Shown: positions 49,248-61,770 of the stretch, piece by piece
Position numbering within the stretch: the first letter of the stretch is position 1
Layout of the letters: the number at the start of each line of letters is the position of its first letter
Source: Zootoca vivipara
Lineage: Eukaryota
Length of the DNA stretch: 64,000 nt
Direction of reading: 5' to 3'
Assembly (NCBI RefSeq): GCF_963506605.1
Contig: NC_083276.1
Span: forward strand, 82,274,001-82,338,000
Translations under genes and position numbers: made by a program
The notes under the pieces: generated by a model
What the model was told of the DNA's origin: nothing
Databases searched by the model: none
Seen by the model: the letters and a program-made list of their open reading frames with translations, nothing else

Positions 49248-49248
49248 A
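49194..49248 (+). repeat. (AAAT)n microsatellite
   Basis: About 13 perfect units. Confidence 0.95.
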
Positions 49249-49580
49249 TGTGACTTGTCATTCTATTTTGAAACAAGACAAAGCTAGGTAGGAATGTTTG
49301 GTCCTAAGTGCTATCTGTGGCTTTTTTTGTACATACAATGAATGGGTCGAACATATATTTTTGTATTTTTTTTCTATTACAGAGTTTTATAACATTTAAA
49401 TTAAAAAGAGATGCTGCTTTATAATAAATCCGAGCAGCAATCCAGCAGCCCCCTTTTAAGATTCCAAGAAAACTTTGGAGATTCTGTGGTTTAGGCAATG
49501 AGGCAGAACCAGGAAAGCAAAGTGCACCAAAGGGGAGTAGGAAACAGCAGCCGTTTAGGACTACAAGGATTCCCATAGAC

Positions 49581-49716
49581 CAGCATTTCCCAAACTTGGG
49601 TCTCCAGCTGTTTTTGGACTACATCTCCCATCATCCCTAGCTAGCAGGACCAGTGGTCAGGGATGATGGGAATTGTAGTCCAAAAACAGCTGGTGACCCA
49701 AGTTCGGGAAACACTG
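49581..49716. mobile_element. Palindromic hAT MITE (URR1-like)
   Basis: Long self-complementary arms AACTTGGGTCTCCAGCTGTTTTTGGACTACA / TGTAGTCCAAAAACAGCTGGTGACCCAAGTT. Confidence 0.75.
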
Positions 49717-49865
49717 CTGTAGAGCTTGGTGTCCAAATAACTCATTCATCAGTCTCAGCTCTGACTTCACACATTGATTAAAAACATTGAAAGGGAGCCT
49801 GGTTACTCATTTCATAGAAATTGCTTAGAAAGTTGCATGTACATTCTAGAAGGGCTTGGTATTTA

Positions 49866-50066
49866 CAGTGGTACCTCGGTTTCCGAACATAATCCGTTCT
49901 AGAAATATGTTTGAATTCTGCAACGTTCAAAAACCAAGGACTCAACAGAGGCTGCATGGCATGTTCAACTTCTGAAGTGTGCTTGAAAACCAAAGCATTT
50001 ACTTCTGGGTTTATGGCATTCGTAAACTGAAATGTTTGTCAACGTTCGAAAACCGAGGTACCACTG
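49866..50066. mobile_element. Tc1/mariner-type MITE
   Basis: TIRs CAGTGGTACCTCGGTTT / AAACCGAGGTACCACTG; TA TSD. Confidence 0.85.
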
Positions 50067-50124
50067 TACTTTTTATTTTTTAAAAAATGAAAGCTTAGAC
50101 TCTAGGCCCCTTGCAAGTCTGAGA

Positions 50125-50279
50125 NNNNNNNNNNNNNNNNNNNNNNNNNNNNNNNNNNNNNNNNNNNNNNNNNNNNNNNNNNNNNNNNNNNNNNNNNNNN
50201 NNNNNNNNNNNNNNNNNNNNNNNNNNNNNNNNNNNNNNNNNNNNNNNNNNNNNNNNNNNNNNNNNNNNNNNNNNNNNNN
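50125..50279. other. Assembly gap
   Basis: Run of N. Confidence 1.
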
Positions 50280-51068
50280 TTTCCCAAGGCTCGTGTGAAA
50301 TTGATGAGTTTAGTGAGCTGCAGACACCCAAGCTGGGAGGCAGATAGACTAATCCTGGGCCATCCACCGGTGCCTCACCTAGTGTGACTTTCTTTGCTTT
50401 GCAGCAACAGGCATAAAAGTGATTGAGAGCCTATAGGGAATCCTCACAAGAGGATGAATAAATACTCTGTGAGCTCCTCATCCAGGCTCAACCCTCTGAA
50501 TGCTGCTGAGGCTCCATTCCATAGGTAAGCTACTAAAGTATGAAAATGGTGTTCAGGAGACAAGTCCTAGGAATCTCTGGTTTTTGTTGTTGTTGTCATT
50601 TGCAATTCATTGAGTACTTAAAAATAGATATTAGTGGTAGACAGAATGGTGCCGAGAGCTTAGGATTTTGCCCATTCATTACAATTAAAAATGCTGCAAT
50701 CCATAGTTGATGATGCTTGTGGATTCTCAAATGCATATCTTGCATAGATTGGAATTCCAATTCACTTCTGTGTGGGTAGAAGGGAGCCAATTTGTGTGTT
50801 CTGAGGAATATGTGAGTGGCTCAGGTTTTTTTCACTGAAAAGAAAGAGAGAAGTAATTTGGTAGGGAGGATAGCATTATACAGGCACCAGAGTTTCCACA
50901 TTTGGAAAAGATTACAGGAGGGCACTAAGTTAAAATATACCTTTGAAAGGTGTTTTCATACAAAATGTGTAGGATTTTAAAAATTAGTTAGCACTTTATC
51001 TCCAAGTAAAATAAAAAATGAAATATTTACAGGCCTTAGAAGTAAATAACATTGAGTCTAATGTGGCT

Positions 51069-51405
51069 TAAAGGTAAAGGGACCCCTGACCATTAGGTCC
51101 AGTTGTGACCGACTCTGGGGTTGCGCGCTCATCTCGCATTATTGGCCGAGGGAGCTGGCGTATAGCTTCCAGGTCATGACAAAGCCGCTTCTGGCAAACT
51201 AGAGCAGCACATGGAAACGCCGTTTACCTTCCCGCTGTAGCGGTTCCTATTTATCTACTTGCATTTTGACGTGCTTTCGAACTGCTATGTTGGCAGGAAC
51301 TGGGACCAAGCAACGGGAGCTCACCCCGTCACAGGGATTCGAACCGCCGACCTTCTGATCAGCAAGCCCTAGGCTCAGTGGTTTAACCACAGCGCCACCT
51401 GGGTC
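51069..51405 (-). mobile_element. Sauria SINE
   Basis: Reverse complement of the SINE at 9879; AAAGGT tail on plus. Confidence 0.9.
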
Positions 51406-51672
51406 TTACCCCTTAATAAATGGGCATCTCATGAAAATAGAACATTCTGTAATTTGAAGGGAATTCTGAAATGAGATCTCCTCCTGAATTTTAAAAGGGT
51501 GCAGTTCCACCAATCTCATTTGTTTCTAATGACCATATGCAACTGGCAGGATTAAGGAGAAGGAAATTGTCTGACCCCTCCTCCCGTCTTCTTCGCTATC
51601 TCTCAAAATAGTTAGTAGATCCTCAGCCTTTTTCTTTCTTTCTGTCCCAGCAGCTAATCCATTATCGAAAGC

Positions 51673-52608
51673 ATGTCTGTGCGGAATCATTCCAGCACCA
51701 CCGAGTTTATTCTCCTGGGAATCACAAGCCGAATGGAGCTGAAACTGCCCCTCTTCTTTCTGTTCCTTCTGATTTACATTGTCACCCTGGTGGGGAACAT
51801 AGGGATGATCTTGCTCATAAGGAGAGACCCTCGCCTCCACACCCCCATGTACTTCTTTCTCAGTAACTTGGCTTTTGTGGATGTCAACTATTCCTCAGCC
51901 ATCACACCCAACATGCTAGCCACTCTCTTGTCAGAGAACAAAAGCATTGGGCTCATTGGATGTGCAACTCAAATGTTTATGTTTGTTATATGTGGGAGTT
52001 CTGAATGCCTCTTGTTGGCATTGATGGCGTATGACCGGTATGTGGCTATCTGCAACCCACTGCTTTACCCCATCATAATGTCAGGGAAAAGGTGCACATG
52101 GCTAGTCGCTGCTTCCTATTTCCTTGGCAATTCTTACGCAGTTCTACATACAGTCTTTACCTTCACTCTATCCTTTTGTGGGCCAAATGTGATCAACCAT
52201 TATTACTGCGACATTCCCCCACTGCTACAGCTTTCTTGTTCGGATACGCACACCAACGAGACAGTGATATTTGCACAGGTTGGCATAAATTGTGTCAGCA
52301 CGACAGCAATCATCTTGCTCTCCTATGCCTGTATCTTGGCCACCATTTTGAAGATCCGTTCTGCCGAGAGCAGGCGCAAGGCCTTTTCTACCTGCACATC
52401 CCACCTGACGGTCGTCAGCTTATTCTATGGGGCAATTTTCTTCATGTATCTGAGGCCCAGCTCCACGTACGCACCAGAGCAAGACAAAGTGGCCTCGCTA
52501 TTCTACACGGTGGTGATGCCCATGCTGAATCCCCTCATCTACAGCCTGAGAAACAAGGAGGTTAAGGATGCATTTTGGAGAATGCTTGGGAAGACACTGC
52601 CATTCTAA
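51673..52608 (+). CDS. Olfactory receptor, family 5-like, intact 311 aa
   Basis: Canonical motifs; NHS sequon; pyrimidine-rich acceptor at about 51650. Confidence 0.96.
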   Translation: MSVRNHSSTTEFILLGITSRMELKLPLFFLFLLIYIVTLVGNIGMILLIRRDPRLHTPMYFFLSNLAFVDVNYSSAITPNMLATLLSENKSIGLIGCATQMFMFVICGSSECLLLALMAYDRYVAICNPLLYPIIMSGKRCTWLVAASYFLGNSYAVLHTVFTFTLSFCGPNVINHYYCDIPPLLQLSCSDTHTNETVIFAQVGINCVSTTAIILLSYACILATILKIRSAESRRKAFSTCTSHLTVVSLFYGAIFFMYLRPSSTYAPEQDKVASLFYTVVMPMLNPLIYSLRNKEVKDAFWRMLGKTLPF

Positions 52609-55000
52609 AGGACAATTATGGACTAACAAACCAATACAGTACAGGATATTCAACTTTCATTCTGTTTCCTAATATTCGTTATGCCTTTCAGTTTATTATT
52701 ATTTTTGTATTTATATTTTAAGGGCTTGTTCTAATGGTGGTGCAAGTAGAAGGAACCTTCCCTAACCAATGTTTATCATTTATTTATTTATTTATTTATT
52801 AGATTTATATACCGCCCTTCATTAAAAGATCTCAGGGCAGTTCACAAAACGTTCACATCTCTTTTGCAGCCCCCTCTACCAAGAATAGATGCATTAGTCA
52901 TATTTGCATGTAGGTTCAGAAGTCCATTCCGTCCCATTTCCAGATTAATTTGCAATTTTTACTTTAAAAAATGCAAAAGAATTTTTGCATATAATACATA
53001 CACATACTTTTATTATAAAATAAATATATAAATATTATTTTATCCCAACATCAGTATTTAAATACCTATTTCATCTCATGTTGTGCATTTTAAAGCATAC
53101 TTTATCCTAAAACACACATTTCTTTACTGTTTTTGTTTTTTATGAAGAACTGTATTGCAAAATTCAGAGAAGCAGAAAGAAAATTACACTCTGATCTATG
53201 TATTATTCCGGGAGATGTGGATTAGGTTTGTTCACTTACAAATTCAGACCAAACAAAATTCATCTCCCAGGCATCTTAATTTTTTTTTTTTTACATTTTT
53301 TTAAAATGCCAAAGCAGCCAGTGGGATAGCCATTCTCTACTTTTCAGAGAGCAGTTCTCCATTTGAAGAGTTATCCCAGGACAGCCCTCTAATCTGAAGG
53401 GCTACCAATTACATGCTTAGTATATAAAGAACCATCAAGAAGAGAAAGCAGCAGAAGGCCTTGAGGTTGCCTATCAATGGTTAGCACTTGCACCGCAGTC
53501 TAAGTAGACACAGATGCCACCTGGTCACAGTCTTTGCTACTATGGAGAGATGTATTGTATTTCAATTGTAGTAATTATTTCCAGATTTGCATCTATACAC
53601 ATTAGCACCTGCAAATGTTATGTGAACCTGTGTCCTACTTTATCCTCTTTATTTTTGGCGGTTTGACAATGGGTAAGTCACCACCCTGGCTTTTAGCTGT
53701 GGAATCTGGAGTTGCACAGCCTAAGAATAGGTTTACCTCCTCAACGAGAGACAGGCTAGCAGCAAATACAGTTGAATGTGCATTTGTTTATATAAAGAGA
53801 TATAGTAGGCATGCACCTGCATTTAAGTGTTTATATGCTAATGCTAGAAGTCTCTGAACCTAGATGAGAAAACTGAATGCAGGAGAGGAAAGTTAGGGCT
53901 GCCATACATCCTGTCTTTCCAGAATGTGACTTGGAATTTTTTAAAAAAGCACAAAAACTTTTGTTCCCCTAAAAAAAAACACCCAAAAAACTCTATTCTG
54001 ATTTTCACTTGGAGATATGGCAACTTTAGGAAAGTGTCTACTTGAATGCTGCCCCAGGCATGTAGCTGGCCACTGTGAGAACAGGATGTTGGACTAGACA
54101 TGTCATTTGCCTTATGTTCTTATGCTACATTTACTCCTATCTGAAAGAGCTGGGGTGGATACCACTATAACCACTATAAACAATATTGCTTGTTCAAGTA
54201 GCTGCACACCTAACTAGAAACAGAGTTTGATGTGGTTTTCATACGTGAAACATGAATCTCCAGATTTAGAAAGGATAAAGACTGCAATGTACTTGAACAT
54301 TCTGGCCAATGTAATTTTAAATATATCCGTGAAGCAAAAGCTCCATTAAGCCTTGCGTGTGGGAACTATATTTATCATGGTTTTCCATTGGTGAATTCCC
54401 TGTGATCCACCTATTATGGATACAGGCTCCAGATGGATATGTAAGTTAGTGATGATGATCTGTTAATACACTAGTGGTTATTATAGGTAGAATGTTTACA
54501 AAGATATAATTCCTCTTAGAGACTCATTAAGTCTATGGAAGCAATAATCACTCAAGGCAAATCTTTATTTAGCATTAGGAACAATGCTTCCGAATGGTAA
54601 CAATGATTATGGTCTTAACAAATAATGAGATTGGAGGTCCACAATGGCCTGCGCTTGCCCAGGCAGCTGCGTTATGTGACCCGTGAGAGCAACAAAATAA
54701 CCAGACTGTACAATGGTGATAGGATAAAATCAGGCCAAATCTTTATTGAAAGCAGCAGGCAGGGCAAGGGTTGCCATGGCATTGGGTCCCAAGACCAGTT
54801 CATCATTCCACAAGCCCTATGTTGATGGAATGGATCTGCTGGGTTTGGATTGCTCCAAACCTGTACGATGGGAGTCAGCCTGTGTTGAAACTGCTGTGGT
54901 GCAAGCAAGCCCTCACTGGGGGACCAGGGTGCAGATTCCAACCAGGCAGATACCGAACCCACACTTGGGTTTGCCGTGGTCAATCCTCCCCTCGGGCCCC

Positions 55001-55960
55001 AATCAATCAATCAAGCTTTATTACGGTCATATACCAGCTATTAAAACTAAAAATGCTTTACAAAGCTATGGGAGTTGTCACTCGGGGTGGATATAAGAGT
55101 CTATGAGTTTGAAGGGGCTATGTTTCCAGAGGGAGGGTCCAGCTGGCCTTTCCCCAGGTGCTGCTCAAAGTCCTCAGTTTCATACCTGAACGGAGGAACT
55201 ACTTCCCACAGTCCAATGCCAAGTTTGCTATTCCATTGGCTGTTTTGTTCTGGGGGGGGGGGGGGAGACTGGTCCTGCGGATCTGCGTGCAGAATCTGGT
55301 TACCGTCCGAGTTAACTTTTGCTCCTTTCCTAATAGTAGGGCCTTTAGTTTGGCCTTATCTGGGAGGTCAGCCAGGCTCTCCAGAATGTGGGTGATGGTA
55401 TCTCTGCATGCCTTATCGAACAGAGGACATCTAAAAAATAGGTGTTCAGGGCTGCCTACTTCCCCCAATGGGCAGGAGCAGAGTCTCTGCTCGTATGGAA
55501 TCTTTCCAAAGGAGCCTAACAGCACTGGCGAGGGCAATGCTGAGCTTCGGGCGAGCGTGAAGTCTCTTCTTGAGTTTCTGGATTCAAGGTAAAAGAGATA
55601 CGATGCCAGGGCAGCTACGTATTTCTCGTTTTCAGCTATATTGAAATCCGGGGACCTCATGCTGTCCAGCTGTCTCTCCGTGTCCACAATTCTTTGTCTG
55701 ACCTCAGATCTCGCTTGGTCTATGCCCATGGCCAATAGGGCTTGGGGTGAGAAGCCCAGTTTCCGGAGAGTGGCCTGGACCTCAAACTGCCAGCCGGACT
55801 GAAATTGGTCTCGAAGAATCAGAGGGGCCAGACCTCGAGGGTGTGATTGTAGGGTCAGCCATTTGTATATTGAGGTAAGTCTGATATGAGCCTCAACCTT
55901 CATTTGCCCTGTTTCTAATCTTACCCAGGCGTTCGAGACGCACCTGGGAACCTGCAGTAG
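55001..55960 (-). mobile_element. Non-LTR retrotransposon 3' fragment (RTE-X-like)
   Basis: Open frame with C-terminal zinc knuckle RLCSCP...EHLFFRCP; 3' end GACCGTAATAAAG plus (TGAT)n tail. Confidence 0.7.
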
Positions 55961-58378
55961 GCCCTTATCCCCCCCAATACTATGTTGATCCTGACTAATG
56001 CCATTTCCGCCCTCATACAAACAACATTCTTCCACCTAACAAAGGAAATCCATAATTTCACTGAGGGAAAGGTGAAAAAAGCCCCAACCAAATGCCAATC
56101 AAGTTGAGAGAAATAAATTCATTTCTGGTCCTTTCAACCAATGACCCACAATTGCTATGTGAAGGCTCTAACCCGAGGACAGGCCGGTGTGGGAAGCTCT
56201 CAAAGCAAAATGGCTGTGAGCTTCAGGGGAAGCAGCCTTATATAGGTTTCCCCCTCCCCTCTTCAGCAAGGGCTCATGGGGCAGCTTTTTCACCTGAGCC
56301 CATCACACAGAGAAGATACTAGGCAAAACCTGACCCAGTATTTTGCTCCAATCTATGGGCCACAGCCTCACCGGGCAAAGGGTCCCATGCTTATTGGGCA
56401 TGGAACGGGGCTTATGTCTGCTTGACAATGGAAAGGGTGCTTTGGAAACCTGGGAGATGAAAATTGTGGCCCTACCATTAGACTGAGTGAGATAACCACC
56501 TCAGGGGGAAGATGATGAGAGAAGGCAGCGCTCGTTCTTCCTGAGACTCACCTGGGATGTTCCCAACTTCCTAAGTCAGGGCCCTAGTGATGGTGCTTGC
56601 TCATTGCTGGTCTGGGCTGATTGGCTTTTCCAGTCAGTCACCCTCTCTGATTGTGTCAAAGATAGGACCTTCAGGAAAAGGCAGTCAACGTAGTCCACAT
56701 AGTTCAGCAGGAAAGCACTGCTCTGCATATGTGATGTGTGCTGATGCCATCACTGCTGCATTTGTTTGAGTGGACAGTGAGCATGCACCAAGTATAGAAG
56801 TAAGAGAGTGGCAGCAAAGTGTTGAAGTGCAGAGGTGTGTATCCCATGTGTCCTGTCCTGCACTTCCTAAGCTAACCAGCAGACAATGCTGACCCAGTGC
56901 TGGTTTTGAAGTAAGATTCAGTTTGCTAGTCTGGTTGGCATGGGTAGACATGGGGGTGTCTAGGCAGCAAAATATATTGGGCTGGCCCCACAAGTGTTAT
57001 GTAGATTTCTCTAAAGCCCACAGAAGAACAAGGAAGGAAGAAGAAGATGAGGAAGTGCTATAGAAATGAATAACTCATTCTAGAACAAATGACTATTCAC
57101 AACAGCCCAGACTAATTGGGCAAGTTATCTTCAGCACCACACTAAAAAAGTATACGGTATGTGAAACTTAAGGGAGTTAAGTCCCAGAGGTAACAGCAAA
57201 TAATAAATACTATGAGAGGCTCCTCAGGATAGCAGACAATCATGTCCAACAAGCTGGTGCTTCATCTCACAGGGTAAACTGGCAAGTAATCACTTCTGAG
57301 TATGGTATTTAGGGGGCAATGGTTAGCAATCACAAGCATTATATTGCTAGTGTTAATCACCAATATAGAGACAAACAACATGGTAGCGGCTGTTGGGAAA
57401 ATAGATGTAATATATGCCTGGAAGGCTGGATATTCTACATAGGATAGATAAGGGAGGGTTGATGGGAAACATCAGGAATTGACAATGCACTGCAGGGAGC
57501 AGCAGCAGAAAGTAAATTGATGGTAGAGGAGACAAGTAAAGATGATTTATGGAAAAGGAGCATCTTGAGGGGCAACCTGGAAGAAGGAGGAGGATCCATT
57601 TCTAAATGCATGGAAATAGAGCTGGCTATTAATTAAGCAAAAACTCACCGGGTCCTGATGGGCTCACCACATCTTGCTACAAAATATTTTGATATCTTCT
57701 AACAATACAATGAATGGAGCGGGAGAAAGACGCAGCACTTGAAAATTGCACCCTAGTCTAAGTCATTGATTACTTTCATACTGAGCGCATCACACCGCAC
57801 TATAATCGTCTTATGGAAAACATTTAATAGCTTGACCAAGATTCCATAAGAAATTGACATTTTACCAATGAAGGTTTTTTTCCTTCCTGAGGTGAACTGT
57901 AATTTTATTTAAATCTGCTCTTATTAGAATTTTCAGATTTTCAGGCTACCTCTTTGCCTCCTCTGCCAGGAATGAAAAAAATGAGGCATGAATAAAATAT
58001 GAGGGTGAATAAAACATGCAGCTGAAAGAAACACCCCAACAGCCCTCTGTGTGGGTTTCTGAACTTCAGGTGAGAGTTGGGAGAATAAGCCTACCAATAT
58101 ATAACTGGCATGGGCAATTCCATCCCTGCGCAGTAGAACGGATGTGGGTAAGGGAATCGTCCTTCACCTGAAACAAGGGCAGAAGAGCAGCATTCATTTC
58201 ACTCTTTGAAACCCTTTGCTTTAGAACTCTGGAAGCACATGAAATCTTTGTCCAAAGTCACCTGTTGAAATGATAATGTGTTTTGTTTGCCACACAAAGG
58301 GAACTGATCTGAGAAAATAAAAGATTATATTGCTAACCATTGTTTCTCGTCCCACACAGGTAACTTGTATATGGGGAA

Positions 58379-59314
58379 ATGTCTCTGGAGAATCACACCA
58401 CAATCACTGAATTCATTTTTCTAGGAGTCACAAGCCGAACAGACTTGCAATTGCCCCTCTTTATCCTGTTCCTTATTGTCTACGTTGCCACCGTAGTGGA
58501 AAATCTGGGCATGATCTTTCTGATAAGGAATGACTCACAGCTTCACACTCCCATGTATTTCTTCCTCGGCCACTTGGCTTTTGTGGATCTCTGTTATTCT
58601 TCCACCATCACTCCCAAAATGTTGGTGGATCTCTTGTCAGAGAGAAAGAGCATTGGGGTTTCAGGTTGTGCAACCCAGATGTTTCTGTTTGTTGTATTTG
58701 GGATTACTGAATGCCTCCTGCTAGCTGGAATGGCCTATGACCGTTATGTGGCAATCTGCAACCCCTTGCTCTATTCAGTTATTATGTCCGAGGAAAGGTG
58801 TGCCTGGCTCGTTGCTTGTCCATATGGAGCTGGACTGTTTCATTCAGTTACCCACACCACATTCACTTTTACTTTATCCTTCTGCGGATCAAATAAAATA
58901 AATCATTTCTTCTGTGATATTCCTCCACTTCTCCAGCTTTCTTGCTCTGATACCCACATATACGAGATGGTGATCTTTGCTTTGGTTAGTGTAAACTGTG
59001 TGACCACCACAATGACCATTGGCGTTTCCTATACTTGCATACTGGTTACGGTTTTGAAGATACGCTCCACAGAGGGCAGACACAAAACCTTTTCCACCTG
59101 CACCTCCCACTTGATGGTTGTTATACTGTTCTATGGGACAATTTTCTTCATGTATCTCCGACCCAGCTCTGCATACAGCCTGGATCAAGACAAGGTCGCC
59201 TCCGTGTTCTACACAGTGATGGTCCCTATGCTGAACCCCTTGATCTATGCCCTGAGGAACAAGGAGGTTAAATGTGCCCTTCAACGAGCGATTGAGAGGA
59301 CGTTATCACTGTGA
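58379..59314 (+). CDS. Olfactory receptor, family 5-like, intact 311 aa; close paralog of 51673-52608
   Basis: Canonical motifs; shares [30 protein letters not shown] and FSTCTSHL with the 51673 gene. Confidence 0.96.
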   Translation: MSLENHTTITEFIFLGVTSRTDLQLPLFILFLIVYVATVVENLGMIFLIRNDSQLHTPMYFFLGHLAFVDLCYSSTITPKMLVDLLSERKSIGVSGCATQMFLFVVFGITECLLLAGMAYDRYVAICNPLLYSVIMSEERCAWLVACPYGAGLFHSVTHTTFTFTLSFCGSNKINHFFCDIPPLLQLSCSDTHIYEMVIFALVSVNCVTTTMTIGVSYTCILVTVLKIRSTEGRHKTFSTCTSHLMVVILFYGTIFFMYLRPSSAYSLDQDKVASVFYTVMVPMLNPLIYALRNKEVKCALQRAIERTLSL

Positions 59315-59627
59315 AATGAAATAGCGGAACAGCTGGAACAAAGTACAAGGAAAGAACTTTGCAATACAACTTGATCACTGTTATAATGGATCTGTTCTCC
59401 ATGGTTGTTTGTTGCGAGTCCTAGCAGGGAATGAATTTGGAGCAACAAGAACCATGGCTGCATGCTTTTTGTACATGTGAAGAACAATTGCAAAGCCTAT
59501 TGCCTTTATATATATAAAAAATCTCATTCCTCAAAGGTTACTGGAATGACAACTTTGTGATGAAATTGAGAGAAGGCTACTGCAGTGCTAGGAAATGTAG
59601 AAATGTACAGTGGCATTCATAGGGATA

Positions 59628-59981
59628 GGGACCCAGGTGGCGCTGTGGTTAAACCACTGAGCCTAGGGCTTGCTGATCAGAAGGTCGGCGGTTCGAATCC
59701 CTGTGATGGGGTGAGCTCCCGTTGCTCGGTCCCAGCTCCTGCCAACCTAGCAGTTCGAAAGCACATCAAAGTGCAAGTAGATAAATAGGGACCGCTCCGG
59801 CGGGAAGGTAAACGGCGTTTCCGTGTGCTGCTCTGGTTTGCCAGAAGCGGCTTTGTCATGCTGGCCACATGACCTGGAAGCTGTACGCCGGCTCCCTCGG
59901 CCAATAATGCGAGATGAGCGCGCAATTCCAGAGTCGGTCACGACTGGACCTAATGGTCAGGGGTCCCTTTACCTTTACCTT
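59628..59981 (+). mobile_element. Full-length Sauria SINE
   Basis: 13-bp TSD attcatagggata. Confidence 0.93.
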
Positions 59982-60203
59982 ATTCATAGGGATAAGAGCT
60001 CTATATAGATCAATGGTGCAACCCAATCAGTTTCTGTGCTAAGAATGCCTTTCTCATGGTGAAGCACACAATAACCGCTATTCTAGCACAATGTTAGAAA
60101 GTTCAGTATTGTGTAGGTGTCATGGGCCAGAATGTTGCACAATGTGAGGATATTACTGAATTGGCACCTGCCACATATTATTTATATATTTTTATCCCTT
60201 CCT

Positions 60204-60474
60204 GCTCACTGGAAGGACAGATTGTGAAGCTGAGGCTCCAATAATTTGGCCACCTCATGAGAAGAGAAGAATCCTTGGGAAAGACCCTGATGTTGGGAAA
60301 GATTGAGGGCACTAGGAGAAGGGGAAGACAGAGGACGAGATGGTTGGACAGTGTTCTCAAAGCTACAAACATGAGTTTGACCAAACTGTGGGAGGCAGTG
60401 CAAGACAGGAGTGCCTGGCGTGCTATGGTCCATGGGGTCACGAAGAGTCGGACACGACTAAACACCTAGACAAC
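60204..60474 (+). mobile_element. BovB 3' fragment
   Basis: MRREESLGKTLMLGKIEGTRRRGRQRTRWLD; 10-bp TSD atcccttcct. Confidence 0.9.
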
Positions 60475-60639
60475 ATCCCTTCCTTCCTGCAATGTAGCTA
60501 ATATAACTTTCACAGCTTTATCTCAGTTTTTCCAACAAGGTGCGTTAGGCAGAGAGAGGGTGAGAAACCCAAGTTCAAGCCTGAATATGGATTTGAAACG
60601 CATGGCAACCGGTGACATATATGGTCCTATGTACAATAA

Positions 60640-60785
60640 GGGACGCGGGTAGTGCTGTGGGCTACACCACTGAGCCTCTGGGGCTTGCAGATCAGAAGGT
60701 TGGCAGTTCAAATCCCCCCGATGGGCTGAGCTCCCGTTGCTCTGTCCCAGCTTCTGCCAACCTAGCAGTTCGAAAACACACCAGT
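60640..60785 (+). mobile_element. Sauria SINE 5' portion
   Basis: tRNA-like head; truncated at the 3' end against a CR1-like remnant. Confidence 0.8.
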
Positions 60786-61454
60786 CCAGCGTTTTGTTCT
60801 CACAGTGCCCAACTAGATGTCCAAACAAAGCCCAAAAGCAGAGCGAGCACAGGCATTCTACCCACAAGTGAATCCTAGCAACCAGAATTCAAATCCATAT
60901 AAACAATGACAATTGAGATATAATACAGATAAAATGAGATGCAGTCATTGATAGACCTGTCCTCCATTAATTTTGTCTTTTAAAGCCATCCAAGTTAGTA
61001 GCCATCACTACTTACTGTGGGAACAAATTCCAGATTATAACTATGGGCTGTGTGAAGAAGTACGTTCTTTTATCTGTCCTGAATCTTCCAACATTCAGCT
61101 TCATGGGGTGGCAACCTGCTCTAATGTTATTCCATGGCTTCTGACAAAATTAACTGGAATTTTACTAAAAACATATTTCTTTAAATTGTAAAGATTTTAG
61201 TAAAAGCACCCAGAAACTGCATTAGCCATAGTACTTGTTATATTGACACCTCAATTTCAAAGCTCTTTGCTTTGTCTGAATCTATACAAACCTCTGCCCC
61301 ACCAGAACACCCTCCTAGTGCTTTGCCCCAGTGGGAGGTATCTGTTAATGGAGGAGAAGGGGGCCATTTTGACAATTCCCCCACCTGCTGCTGCCCCAAA
61401 TGTCCCTTGAAAATCTAAGCTGGAGGTTTGGGGAACAACCTACCCAGCCCCTGA

Positions 61455-61770
61455 GATCACTTTCTGAGGCCCTCCTAAGTGTGCCTCTTCCACCAGAAAT
61501 CTGGAGGGTGGTAACACAAGAAGAGGCCTTCTCTGCGGTGGCTCCCCATTTGTGAGATGCTCTCCCCAGGGCATGCTCTCTCAGCTGGTACCTTCATTAT
61601 ACATCTTTAAGTGCCAGGCAAAAACGTTCCTCCTCAACCCGACTTTTGGCTGATTAATTTCTATGGACCTTTAAGCATGTCTTGTGGTAGGGTGGGTGTT
61701 GGTGGTTATTGCTTTGTTTTTGTTTTTATTATGTACTTATTAGTTTTATTCTGTGTTGCTATGCTGTGAT
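61455..61770 (+). mobile_element. L2 LINE 3' fragment
   Basis: Similar to positions 190-445 (TCTGAGGCCCT...AAAACGTTCCTC, T-rich UTR). Confidence 0.6.
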
